Shown here: positions 55,283-64,000 of the stretch, in pieces
Layout: every line of letters begins with the position of its first letter
Position numbering within the stretch: the stretch's first letter is position 1
Source of the DNA: an uncultured Pseudomonadales bacterium
GTDB lineage: Bacteria > Patescibacteriota > Microgenomatia > UBA1400 > Chazhemtobacteraceae
DNA length: 64,000 bases
Assembly: GCA_964618725.1 (NCBI GenBank)
Contig: CAZUBK010000001.1
Location: 132,908 to 196,907, forward strand
Direction of reading: 5' to 3'
Translations under genes and position numbers: made by a program
Notes under the pieces: model-generated
Seen by the model: only the letters and a program-made list of their open reading frames with translations
Told to the model about the DNA's origin: nothing
Databases searched by the model: none

Positions 55283-56510
55283 GATTGAAATCAGCAATTG
55301 TTTCCTTGAGCTTTACAGAGAAGTCACTTGGTGTCCAACGTCTGAGACGACGATATCCCCGATTAATTAGGGTGCGTCTAAGCTTTTCGTCTTTGTATAT
55401 TTTTTTGATCTGTTTGGCAATGGCGGATGGGCTCTTGGGATCAATAAGTAGACCGGCATCGCCTAATTGGTCTCTGGGACCGCGGATGTCGGAATATATC
55501 ACCGGCGTACCCATTAGCCAGGCTTCATAAACAGGTATATTAGTAGGTCCCAAAAAGGTAGGCATTACCAATGCTAGTGCCTTTTTATAGACGACTGAGA
55601 GTTCAGAGCCGCTAAGATAGCCTAAGAAATGGACTTTCTCGGATAATTTTTGTTTCTTTATTTCCTCTGCTACTCGTGGGTAAGAGGAGAAGTCGGCATC
55701 TTTTGTGCCACTGAGAACAAGGTGCAATTTTGTTAGTCCTTGCTTTTTGAGAATACCGATGGCTTTCACTAAATTAAGATGATTCTTGTGGGGCCAAAAT
55801 TTTGCTCCATAGAAGATATAGTCTTTAGGTAGGTTAAATTTGGCAGATACAGACTTGATTAACGAAATCGATGGTTTTGGTTCCAGATAGGAAGGTGGAA
55901 GAAAAGGCAATATTACCAATTTCTGAGACGGAACTTTGTAAAAACGAATTAAGTCTTCTTTACCTGTTTGAGAATCGACCAAAATCCTGAAAGCTCTGGG
56001 GGTAATTTGGGAATATAGATATTCACGATGTTCCCAGATTCCTTTAGCGGTAATTTCTTTGAACTTAGGTCTGGTCCTATGCTCGATGTCATGAATGGCG
56101 ACTATGGTAGGAATGTCAGTCAGAATAGATATGCCAGTAGCAACGGGCTCCAGAATTAAATCGGGTTTTAGCTTCCTGAGTAACTTGATGGTAGAGAAAT
56201 GATTTATCTTAAAAACTACTGTTAATAGAGGATGTAAGAAGCGATGGAGGTCTCTGCCAATGACTTGTGGGAGAATCCGAAAGATCAAGTAATCTGAAAT
56301 AAGACCTAGTCTATTAACTAAAGACTTGTTGTCAGGAGGGATAAGCTTAAACTGTTTACTGTGTATAAATTGGGAAGGAATTTGAGCCTTGTCAGCGATA
56401 ATGTAGTAATGATGACCGGGAATTGTTGTCAGAGTCTCCAAGAATGAGACAGAGTATTGATACACTCCCCCCTGATTGGGACTAGCAGTAAAGTTGACGG
56501 CGATTTTCAT
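55275..56510 (-). CDS. GT4-family glycosyltransferase
   Basis: 'MKIAVNFTASPNQGGVYQYSVSFL' and C-terminal 'TFLGPTNIPVYEAWLMGTPVIYS'. Confidence 0.6.
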   Translation of the reverse strand: MKIAVNFTASPNQGGVYQYSVSFLETLTTIPGHHYYIIADKAQIPSQFIHSKQFKLIPPDNKSLVNRLGLISDYLIFRILPQVIGRDLHRFLHPLLTVVFKINHFSTIKLLRKLKPDLILEPVATGISILTDIPTIVAIHDIEHRTRPKFKEITAKGIWEHREYLYSQITPRAFRILVDSQTGKEDLIRFYKVPSQKLVILPFLPPSYLEPKPSISLIKSVSAKFNLPKDYIFYGAKFWPHKNHLNLVKAIGILKKQGLTKLHLVLSGTKDADFSSYPRVAEEIKKQKLSEKVHFLGYLSGSELSVVYKKALALVMPTFLGPTNIPVYEAWLMGTPVIYSDIRGPRDQLGDAGLLIDPKSPSAIAKQIKKIYKDEKLRRTLINRGYRRLRRWTPSDFSVKLKETIADFNQK

Positions 56511-57418
56511 AAGTCGTTTATTTTTGTCTTTCTGTTTGTTTTAGTATTTTGGACAAGTTGATATCCAATTAGGTTTATTGCTTCAGCTCTTGAAAGGTAG
56601 CTTAGTTTATCAGATTGATCTCTCGACTCCCTATACTTTGAGACAGTGAAGCCTTCCTTCAGTGTTTTAGGCTTTAGGCGGTTCAGGCGATCGGTTCGAA
56701 CAAAGTAGGCGTTGTTACCGGCGGAATTTGTGCCCATAAAGGAATAACCATGCCTTTTAGCTAGTAAGTATATAGCTTTAAGAGAACTACCCCAGAAAAG
56801 GTTGGAGTAGTGGGCCTTGGTGCGATAAAAATCTTTTTTGTAGGGAATGGTAATAGGGTGGTCAATACCAAAAAGGGAGTTGTACTCAATAATGAAAATA
56901 ATAGGTTTCAGAACAATTAGTTTTTCCATAATCCAGTAATCATTGCCGTCGATATCGAGACTGAGCAGACCGAGTTGACTATTGAATCCGTCTTTCCTAA
57001 GGTGTTTGAGAATATTTTTTCGGGTAACAAAGAGAGGTGTCGCAGTAATATCGTATTGCCAGTAGTATGGCTGTCTTTTTACCTTGTTCATGTTCTTTGG
57101 ACTGCCGTCAATGATGAGGCCGCTCCAATTGTTGTTCATGAGGAGAAAGCGGGTATTGGCTTCTTGATAGTCTTCAACTCCGATTTCGATGAAACGTTTC
57201 TCGGAAGGAAGAAGCGAAATGTTTCTGATCAAGTACTGAATGATTCCATCATCACCAAATTGGGAATAGACTTTAAATTCGGCTTGGTGAAGAGTGTGAA
57301 AATTGTTGATCGATTGTTGTTGGTTAATTAGAACTTTTGCCATCAGATGGAGATATCGGTCATCTGTCGGATGTAGATATGAAGATAAGCGGGTGAGAAG
57401 TAGATGAAGGATGCTCAT
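56507..57418 (-). CDS. FkbM-family methyltransferase-like protein (start moved to MSILHLL; ATGA overlap with upstream stop)
   Basis: 'FIEIGVEDYQEANTRFLL' and 'LLSLDIDGNDYWIMEKL' resemble the FkbM motifs (vDiGAn.G...; llKiDvEG.E..vL). Confidence 0.4.
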   Translation of the reverse strand: MSILHLLLTRLSSYLHPTDDRYLHLMAKVLINQQQSINNFHTLHQAEFKVYSQFGDDGIIQYLIRNISLLPSEKRFIEIGVEDYQEANTRFLLMNNNWSGLIIDGSPKNMNKVKRQPYYWQYDITATPLFVTRKNILKHLRKDGFNSQLGLLSLDIDGNDYWIMEKLIVLKPIIFIIEYNSLFGIDHPITIPYKKDFYRTKAHYSNLFWGSSLKAIYLLAKRHGYSFMGTNSAGNNAYFVRTDRLNRLKPKTLKEGFTVSKYRESRDQSDKLSYLSRAEAINLIGYQLVQNTKTNRKTKINDL

Positions 57419-58056
57419 TTCTTCTGGGTGAGATAAATACCGACATGTGTGAAAAGGTTTGGGAACCACTTAAGGAGACGTCGAGGGAAGAACAAAAAAC
57501 GTGGTGGATAAAGACCGATCGATTTAGTTATTTTTAGCCGATTTTTTTGACAGTAATCAAGATAATCTTGATGAGAGAGTTGATGGAGAAAACCGGTTGT
57601 ATCCCAAGTATCGCCAATTAACATCGTTTTGGGCATACAACCTTTGAAAAGTAGTTCTAATCTATTGGGAAGAAAGGCAAAGTTGGGAATAGAGACAATT
57701 TGCCTTTTGGCAATTCGGGACATTTCCTTTAATAAGATATCGGGGTAGGTCACCATCTGGAGGGTGACATTGCATATGGCGTAATCAAAGGCGTTGTCCG
57801 GGAAGGATAGGACTTGATCAATTCTGCCTTGTTTGACATTCAGTCCTTTCAAGTTTGCCGATTTGACACCAGAGTTAGACAGTTCTATTCCACAGCCCTT
57901 AACTCCTCTCTGTTGAAGTAGAGCTAGTAGCGATCCGTCACCACACGCAAGGTCGATGACCGTTTTCCCCTTAGGAATCAGGTTCAAGATGATGGGATAC
58001 TCTGCTCTCTTGGTAATAGAGTTTTTTGAATAGTGGTACTGTCGATTGTTGTTCAT
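57415..58056 (-). CDS. MetW-like class I SAM-dependent methyltransferase
   Basis: 'VIDLACGDGSLLALLQQRGVKGCGIE' and 'FDYAICNVTLQMVTYPDILLKEM'. Confidence 0.6.
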   Translation of the reverse strand: MNNNRQYHYSKNSITKRAEYPIILNLIPKGKTVIDLACGDGSLLALLQQRGVKGCGIELSNSGVKSANLKGLNVKQGRIDQVLSFPDNAFDYAICNVTLQMVTYPDILLKEMSRIAKRQIVSIPNFAFLPNRLELLFKGCMPKTMLIGDTWDTTGFLHQLSHQDYLDYCQKNRLKITKSIGLYPPRFLFFPRRLLKWFPNLFTHVGIYLTQKK

Positions 58057-59135
58057 ATCTTTGTTTTGAGAATTTTGAGTAATTCTCTCATTCTTTGATC
58101 GTAGGTATGTTCTTTTAGGGTTCTCAATTGACCACGGGCAGCGATCTTGGCTCTTTTGGTTTCATTGCTTAGATAGAAATTGATTTTCTCAGCCAGATCG
58201 GTACCGTTAGTATACGTAACGACTTCTTTGCCGGGAACAAAGATCTCAGAGAGATTACTCCTTTCATCAGTAATCAGGAGAGTACCACAGCCAGTGGCCT
58301 CGAAAAGAGTCATGTTATTGGCAAAAGAGCTGGCAACACTCGTGATATGTTTTGTCATGGTGATTTTTGAGTTGTGAAGGAGTTGGTACATTTGATGACC
58401 CCAGCATGACCCATGGAAGTTTTTTAGAATTGGACTGTCTTTGAGTAGGAATTGCTGTTGATAACCAAAGAAGTCAATGTGAGTGTGTCTGGCGGCTGTA
58501 CTGAGAATCTTGTTTCTTTGTTGGTGAATTGGTCCATAGCCACCGATATGAATGACTGGATATGAATTATCTATCTTCTTGAGTTTTTTCAATATTTTTG
58601 CCTCAAACGCTAGTTTGAGATAAGTGGATTGTGTACCGGTACCTTCAATATGTTTAACCATGTTAGGCAGAGAAGAGGTTATTAAATCGAAGGGGGTGAA
58701 ATAGCTTTTGTCGGGTAATGGACTGGCTATTTGTCCAATCAGTAATTTTACTTTGGATTTTAGATCGAAAAGGACATCTGGCTTGAGATAAGTAATATCA
58801 AGAAAATAAAGGATGTCAGGCTTGTAGAACTTTATTTGCTCGGTAAGAGTGTTCACTACCCACTGGGGGGTTATCTGTCCTCGCAGATAAGGAAGCCACT
58901 CGGTAACTGAATCTATGGGTGAACCTACATGCCGCCGATGGCGTTTGGCCCAGTTAAGTTGACCTTGCCTATCGTTTAGGACGATAGTGATAGAGGGATG
59001 GCCGAGCCGGGTGAGGGCTTGAGAGTAAAAATCAGAGGTGCCAAATAAAGCATTAAAAATAGTTCCGGCGTGTTTAAGATGATAATGATCTTTTAGGAAC
59101 GCTGGATAATAGGTATCAATAAAAAGGAACTTCAT
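58053..59135 (-). CDS. CgeB-like glycosyltransferase (Glyco_trans_1_2 / DUF3880-type)
   Basis: C-terminal 'ATGCGTLLITDERSNLSEIFVPGKEVVTYTNGTDLAEKINFYLSNETKRAKIAARGQ'. Confidence 0.5.
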   Translation of the reverse strand: MKFLFIDTYYPAFLKDHYHLKHAGTIFNALFGTSDFYSQALTRLGHPSITIVLNDRQGQLNWAKRHRRHVGSPIDSVTEWLPYLRGQITPQWVVNTLTEQIKFYKPDILYFLDITYLKPDVLFDLKSKVKLLIGQIASPLPDKSYFTPFDLITSSLPNMVKHIEGTGTQSTYLKLAFEAKILKKLKKIDNSYPVIHIGGYGPIHQQRNKILSTAARHTHIDFFGYQQQFLLKDSPILKNFHGSCWGHQMYQLLHNSKITMTKHITSVASSFANNMTLFEATGCGTLLITDERSNLSEIFVPGKEVVTYTNGTDLAEKINFYLSNETKRAKIAARGQLRTLKEHTYDQRMRELLKILKTKI

Positions 59136-60571
59136 GGGCGCCTAAACCAAGATAATTGATTCCAAAATTCAAACTGAAAAATGTACATCCACATAATGGG
59201 AATAAGAAAGCCACTGATACGGGAAACTGCATTACCCAAACCTAACCAATAGTCGAACTGAAATGAAGCGTAGAGTGTACCTACCCAGAGAATAAGGAAG
59301 CTGAGAAGTATACAGAAAAGAAGGCGGCGTTGAGTTGGTGTATGACCATAGACAATATGAAGAACAAGAACTAACGGGAAGATGTAAATTACCGGGGAGA
59401 GACCGGGGACGATGGAGATTGAAAGAAAAGTAAAGGACTGGGATAGATGGATCCAGAAGCGTTGCAGAACGAGTGAGACAAGCGAGATCATTGAATTAGG
59501 CATTTGAATAGGACCTACTTGAGCTGATAATGATAATGGTGATGATGACGATGAGGGTACTTCCGATTCGGTTAAGACCCGAATTAAAACATCGGCCCCT
59601 TTAGATATTGTGACGTGACTTGAAGATCGAACGTAGGTGACCCAAATCGTATTGGAAAGTTTGGCCAGATTGAAATAAATCAAAGCAACAGGGAGGATAT
59701 AGAGTCTTTTCCAGAAACGGAGGAAAAATATAATAAGAGGAATTACCCAAAAGGGTTCGTTGATCCTGGTCCAGTTGGATAAGGCCATCATGATTACTGA
59801 GACAAACAGATAAGTCCAATTGGGTCGAGTTGCGATGGCGGGTAGAAAATAAAGAATGCCAAGACTGAAAAAGATGGTATAGGGGAGATTACTAAGGCCA
59901 TCGAGTCGTGATTGCCAAAGAATAAGAGGAGAAGTGTACATAAGCAATGTCCCTAGTGAGGCAATAATTGAGTTCATACTCTTGTGTAAGCGAGCATAAA
60001 AAATAACCGCAAACGAAAAATACATCAGAGGGTAATAAATCGGAGGATTGACATGAAGGAAGCGCATAAAAAGATTGATAAAAGAAGTGTAGAGCGGATA
60101 AGTGCTCCAGGTTTGAACGTATTCGGGCACGGCCGATAAAGTCTTGGTCCCAAACATAACTTTGGCACGAAAGTCATAAAGATGGAGAGAGTCAGTCGTA
60201 TAGACAGGGAAGTAGGCAGCATAAGTCAACATGACGAGAGTGATGATAACAATGACTGTCCAGAAAATAAAAGTTGCTTTGGGAATGTTGGAAAAGTGAG
60301 ATTTCAAAGCCTTGAAACCGAAATTGGGACCTTTATGTCGGGGAGAGAAACAAAAGAAAATTAAACAAAGACAGACACTAATGATCCAAAAAACAGAGGA
60401 AACTACAGAGTCGGTGAATTTGGCGTAAAAAAAGAAGAGGAAACTTGTAATTCCAGGTGTTATCAAGAAACTTAAAGCCAGTTTTTCATACCAGACCCCG
60501 CGAAATCTAAGGACACTGAGAAAATACCAACCGCTCAAAAGAAACAAAAATATACCGACTAAGAAGATCAT
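59132..60571 (-). CDS. polytopic membrane protein (hypothetical; possible glycan polymerase)
   Basis: More than 12 hydrophobic helices, no soluble domain. Confidence 0.3.
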   Translation of the reverse strand: MIFLVGIFLFLLSGWYFLSVLRFRGVWYEKLALSFLITPGITSFLFFFYAKFTDSVVSSVFWIISVCLCLIFFCFSPRHKGPNFGFKALKSHFSNIPKATFIFWTVIVIITLVMLTYAAYFPVYTTDSLHLYDFRAKVMFGTKTLSAVPEYVQTWSTYPLYTSFINLFMRFLHVNPPIYYPLMYFSFAVIFYARLHKSMNSIIASLGTLLMYTSPLILWQSRLDGLSNLPYTIFFSLGILYFLPAIATRPNWTYLFVSVIMMALSNWTRINEPFWVIPLIIFFLRFWKRLYILPVALIYFNLAKLSNTIWVTYVRSSSHVTISKGADVLIRVLTESEVPSSSSSPLSLSAQVGPIQMPNSMISLVSLVLQRFWIHLSQSFTFLSISIVPGLSPVIYIFPLVLVLHIVYGHTPTQRRLLFCILLSFLILWVGTLYASFQFDYWLGLGNAVSRISGFLIPIMWMYIFQFEFWNQLSWFRRP

Positions 60572-61890
60572 AATTCGATGACTCCGATCTGGCCTTGCAA
60601 TTGGGCCGATCGAGGGGTGTATTTAATATTCTCTATAACTTGATTGGGGCTATCTAGAGTAGGACCAAAAAGATAAATTCTCCTTGCCAGGACGGGAAAA
60701 TTAGGAAAGGATTGGTAAAGCATGACAAATCTGGGAACTTTTTCGTTGATAGGAAGAAGTACTCCTTTGCAGTTTTGGGGCCCGTCGGCAAGAAGAGGAG
60801 ATACTGAAAGGGTTCTCGGGAAAATGTGAGAGGCGGCGATGAAGGGGGCCAAGTCATCACCGACTTCACCAGAAAAACAAATGTCGGCATTTTTTGGAGT
60901 AACTTCATTGAGATGCTTAAGATAAATATAAGAAGGGCCGCGAAGACGAAGCATTTTTTCATCATAACTTAGGTTTCTCTCAAAGATCAGTATATTTAAC
61001 ATATCTAAACCTACTTGTTTAATGCCCTGAATCGCTGTAAAAGAACGAGTGAAAATAAATAGTGTAAACAGACAAAAAACAACATAAGTAAAAGCCTTAT
61101 TAATCCAACCAGGCAATTTTTTTTGTTTAATAAGACCTTCTCTAGTGAGCCGAAAACGGAGATCGGCCAGAGTAAAGTTACGCGCTTTTGGCTCAATTAG
61201 AATAAGGTTATGTTTCGCTTCTTTATTGTTTTCAATATTATTACCCCGACCTATCTGATGTCGATAATCGTGGTTTTGATGAATTGCCGGATTGACCGAG
61301 GTAATATCAATGGTTTTTATATCTTGCGCCTGAGCGTGTCGGAGTAACCAGTTGTCCCAACCTACTCGACCTACAAGGAAGTTAGGGAGGCGATTAAGTA
61401 AGTCTCTGGGAAAGATAAAATAATCACTACCAAGTGGAGGATGAATAATCCCCCGCTCTTTCACTATTTGCTTTAATTTTTGATACCATGAAGAATCGGA
61501 AAAAATAATGGGTTTAACTATATCAAGATCAGTGCGTCCGCCGGCAAGTAAGAATTTGGATTTTCCGGAAAAACGCTTAACAAGATTGTGGATAGCTATC
61601 GGGGAAAAGATGATATCGGCATTGGTATATAGAAGGAGAGGATACGAGGCGTGACGCTTAGCAAGACTAAAGGCAGAGTTAATGTAGGGAGTGTTACGAT
61701 AGTTTTTCTTTACAGAAATGATGGCATGGACTTTGAGTCTTTTGGCGATAGATTTTAGCTTAGAGTCGGGACTGATGAGAATAATTTCAATGGTTGGATG
61801 TATAGTCTTCCAGCTCTTGATAGCGTTCTCCTGAATGATTTTTGTGTGTGGATCGTCGAAAGATTTGGGGATAGTAAAGATAGTCAACAT
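60568..61890 (-). CDS. hypothetical glycosyltransferase-like protein with C-terminal TM (start moved to MLTIFTIPKSF, 5 bp after the upstream stop)
   Basis: N-terminal about 200 aa with GT-A-like beta/alpha pattern (IFTIPKSF...LLLYTNADIIFS), then TM 'AFTYVVFCLFTLFIFT'. Confidence 0.3.
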   Translation of the reverse strand: MLTIFTIPKSFDDPHTKIIQENAIKSWKTIHPTIEIILISPDSKLKSIAKRLKVHAIISVKKNYRNTPYINSAFSLAKRHASYPLLLYTNADIIFSPIAIHNLVKRFSGKSKFLLAGGRTDLDIVKPIIFSDSSWYQKLKQIVKERGIIHPPLGSDYFIFPRDLLNRLPNFLVGRVGWDNWLLRHAQAQDIKTIDITSVNPAIHQNHDYRHQIGRGNNIENNKEAKHNLILIEPKARNFTLADLRFRLTREGLIKQKKLPGWINKAFTYVVFCLFTLFIFTRSFTAIQGIKQVGLDMLNILIFERNLSYDEKMLRLRGPSYIYLKHLNEVTPKNADICFSGEVGDDLAPFIAASHIFPRTLSVSPLLADGPQNCKGVLLPINEKVPRFVMLYQSFPNFPVLARRIYLFGPTLDSPNQVIENIKYTPRSAQLQGQIGVIEL

Positions 61891-61895
61891 ATCCG

Positions 61896-62534
61896 TTAAA
61901 TCGTGTAACGGACTGGTTCGAAGATTTCGGCATAGGAAACACCAATGCTGTAGCCCCAAGATCGATTGGCGTCGATAAAACTGTCGACCCAGTTCTGGCT
62001 GTAACGCTCGATCTCTCCAGCGTAAGCGGCAAGAGCGCGTTTTTTAAAGTTAATCGTTTCGCTAATATCGGAATAAAAGATGCCATTGAACCCTCGGTCT
62101 GGTTGGTACCAGTTACTGCGATACATGAGAATGCGTTTAAGATGGCGAGCGGCAACGATGGAAAGTTTGGCGGAGGCAGCGTGATCGGTGTTCATATCGT
62201 ATTGCCAATGGGTGAAGAGAGTATCGATTTTGCGCTCATGAATTATGTCTTCCAAGAAACGCATGTAAGTCGCGTTGTATTTCAATTCGCCGTTGTCAGC
62301 AGCAAATTTTTCTGGTGTTTCGATGAGATCATATCCAACAATCAGAGCAGCATTTTTACCCTCGGCAATAGCGCGCTCGGTTGGACGATGGACATTCATA
62401 ATATCGTAATGAGTTTCGGAGTTGGTGAGGATGATGCCAGAGACTTGATGTCCTTCAAGAGCTAATTTAGCGAGTGTACCAGAGCAACCTAGATCTATAT
62501 CGTCGTGATGAGCGCCTACAGCTAGAATGTTCAT
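61896..62534 (-). CDS. PIG-L/LmbE-family N-acetylglucosaminyl deacetylase
   Basis: 'MNILAVGAHHDDIDLGCSGTLAKLALEGHQVSGIILTNSE' and downstream 'HxxH' metal-site motif (HWQYDMNTDH). Confidence 0.75.
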   Translation of the reverse strand: MNILAVGAHHDDIDLGCSGTLAKLALEGHQVSGIILTNSETHYDIMNVHRPTERAIAEGKNAALIVGYDLIETPEKFAADNGELKYNATYMRFLEDIIHERKIDTLFTHWQYDMNTDHAASAKLSIVAARHLKRILMYRSNWYQPDRGFNGIFYSDISETINFKKRALAAYAGEIERYSQNWVDSFIDANRSWGYSIGVSYAEIFEPVRYTI

Positions 62535-62544
62535 AAGAGGGATC

Positions 62545-63210
62545 TTATGTCAGAGGAAGTGATTTAGCAAGATATTGTAAGAAAATGGTGGTTTCTTTTA
62601 GAGGAAAGGAGAAAGAAGTGTTTTTTTGCCAGACTTGAATCCGGTAACCGTTCATTGGTTCGATAAAAGAATCTGTTAATTTGAATTGCTTTATCAACTT
62701 TAGAAAGATGAAGGGGGAGTAATAGAATTGAATATAACCTTCTCCTGATTGATATACTTTATCGGTTATCCGAAACCAGTGATCGATCAGGCCTAAGATG
62801 AGGATTCCGTCTTTAGATAGCCGGTTAGTCATCTGATCTATAACGCTAAACTGGTCTTTTTGAGTGATGTAGGAGAGGGTATGAAAATTGGCAATGACAT
62901 CGAATCTGTCATCTTTGAAGAGTTCGCTAAGATCTTTTTGGTTACCTAGCTTTGAGTGGATTGAGGTTGTTTGACGGAGACTGCAAAACTCACGTTTTGA
63001 GAGAGTAAGGCCAAATAGGAGAGATTTGGGGAATCTTTTTCTACATGACTTCAAGAAATTACCATAACCACAGCCAACATCAAGGATCTTGAAGGGCTTT
63101 TTACTTGGGCTTGAAAAGATCCCTTTTACAAGGGGGTCAAAGTAATTGGCGGACCGAATGTATACTTCTTGGTAGTTATCTAGGAATCTCCGGTCCTGTA
63201 TCCTCTTCAT
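62545..63210 (-). CDS. class I SAM-dependent methyltransferase
   Basis: Motif I 'ILDVGCGYGNFL'. Confidence 0.6.
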   Translation of the reverse strand: MKRIQDRRFLDNYQEVYIRSANYFDPLVKGIFSSPSKKPFKILDVGCGYGNFLKSCRKRFPKSLLFGLTLSKREFCSLRQTTSIHSKLGNQKDLSELFKDDRFDVIANFHTLSYITQKDQFSVIDQMTNRLSKDGILILGLIDHWFRITDKVYQSGEGYIQFYYSPFIFLKLIKQFKLTDSFIEPMNGYRIQVWQKNTSFSFPLKETTIFLQYLAKSLPLT

Positions 63211-64000
63211 TTCGTTAAATCAAAGACCATAGAAGAATAATGGAGTTTACGAGGGTCAACATGAGGAATTGGAAAAGGAAAACTTATATCATTTTGATCT
63301 ATTTCTTTGAAACCAGCTTGTTCAGCCAGTCTCATAAAACTTTCTGGATTGAAGATAGTTTTGTGGTAATCTTCATAAGTGCGACTTTTCTTGGGAAATA
63401 AAGCTCCTCCTGTAATATCAGCGATTATGTAATTGTCCAGATGTCGACCACGATTAAAGTAGCTATCGAGGTGTCTGTCAAAATTAGGAATAACTACAAC
63501 GAGCTTACCATTGGGCTTGAGAACCCGATGCCACTCTTCTAAAACTTCAGGTATTTCTCCATGTGGAAAATGTTCTAAAACGTGAGAAACGTAAATCGTA
63601 TCGATACTGTTGTCAGTGTAATCCAGTTTGCGTATGTCTAATTCTCTATCAGTAGCGGGAGTCTTAATTAAATCTATATTAACGAAACCAGGAAGCCTGA
63701 TATTACCACACCCGAGATGTAATTGTACGGGAAAACCTTTCATCTTGATGTAGTCCCAATCGTAAGATAAACGACCGATGCTCCAGGGGATCAGAGTATC
63801 TTTGTACTTGATTTGGATTTTTTTCAAAGCAGACTTGGGAGTAGGAACATCAAAGCCCCATTTTTTCTTAAACAGATTGTGAACCCTTTTAGCATCTTGC
63901 GAAACTTGGCCCTGAGAGCGATTACCATAGAGCTGACCGGCAGGTCGGACATGGAGGTATTGAATAGAAGGAATCCAGATGTTGTTGAAGCCTTTCTCAA
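63207..64000 (-). CDS. class I SAM-dependent methyltransferase (Methyltransf_11-like), 5' end outside the window
   Basis: 'VQLHLGCGNIRLPGFVNIDL', 'IDTIYVSHVLEHF' and 'LKPNGKLVVVIPNF'. The reading frame stays open through 63828-64000 with no stop, so the track's TTG start at 63827 is not the real start. Confidence 0.6.
   Translation of the reverse strand, partial: EKGFNNIWIPSIQYLHVRPAGQLYGNRSQGQVSQDAKRVHNLFKKKWGFDVPTPKSALKKIQIKYKDTLIPWSIGRLSYDWDYIKMKGFPVQLHLGCGNIRLPGFVNIDLIKTPATDRELDIRKLDYTDNSIDTIYVSHVLEHFPHGEIPEVLEEWHRVLKPNGKLVVVIPNFDRHLDSYFNRGRHLDNYIIADITGGALFPKKSRTYEDYHKTIFNPESFMRLAEQAGFKEIDQNDISFPFPIPHVDPRKLHYSSMVFDLTK

Noticed and set aside
56507-57469. Long form of the FkbM-like gene overlapping the MetW-like gene by 55 bp
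   Set aside because: An in-frame ATG at 57418 forms an ATGA start/stop overlap with the upstream gene, the same coupling pattern seen at mraZ/rsmH. The longer form is unnecessary.
1-64000. CRISPR arrays, tandem repeats, rRNA/tRNA genes
   Set aside because: Scanned the intergenic regions (all shorter than 400 bp) and found no regularly spaced direct repeats and no rRNA- or tRNA-like conserved motifs. The window is about 97% protein-coding.

Overview
This 64-kb window is a compact, almost fully coding stretch of a low-to-moderate GC (~45% by eye) bacterial chromosome. The strongly minus-strand-biased, tightly overlapping gene organisation and the abundance of membrane glycosyltransferases suggest an uncultivated lineage such as the CPR/Patescibacteria, but that is inference. 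It has three parts. Part 1 (1-15.9 kb) is cell-envelope core. It holds a split peptidoglycan-precursor cluster (murF-hydrolase-alr on the minus strand diverging from murE-murI-murD on the plus strand). It also holds murA and a reversed dcw operon (mraZ-rsmH-ftsL-ftsI-dgkA). It ends with a secreted protein and dimeric-type glycyl-tRNA synthetase. Part 2 (16.0-20.1 kb) is the most interesting region. It is a compositionally distinct two-gene island, higher in GC and rich in CGC/GCG/CTG/GAG codons. It sits between the core genes glyS and recO and has its own sigma70-like promoter and two strong intrinsic terminators. It encodes a PspA/IM30 (ESCRT-III superfamily) membrane-remodelling protein followed by a 1027-aa protein. 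That protein has a signal peptide, a TPM-like ectodomain, a Pro-rich linker, one TM helix, about 800 aa of predicted cytoplasmic alpha-helical coiled coil and a Ser/Arg/Gly-rich tail. I know of no described PspA partner with this architecture. Part 3 (20.6-64.0 kb) is a ~43-kb surface-glycan or glycosylation supercluster. It contains an initiating phosphoglycosyl transferase, a GDP-mannose pyrophosphorylase, about 10 GT4 and 6 GT2 glycosyltransferases, and 2 confident plus 1 probable GT39/PMT-like and 4 further multi-TM proteins. It also contains two Wzx flippases, two AsnB-type amidotransferases and a WaaL/Wzy-like membrane protein. Further members are a hexapeptide acyltransferase, a cupin ketoisomerase + DegT aminotransferase pair, a PIG-L deacetylase and five SAM methyltransferases. 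Embedded in it are a NYN-domain (predicted RNase) gene and an HD-domain gene. No rRNA, tRNA, CRISPR array, transposase or integrase was seen. All calls rest on motif recognition in the supplied translations and on reading the DNA by eye; no database searches were run.
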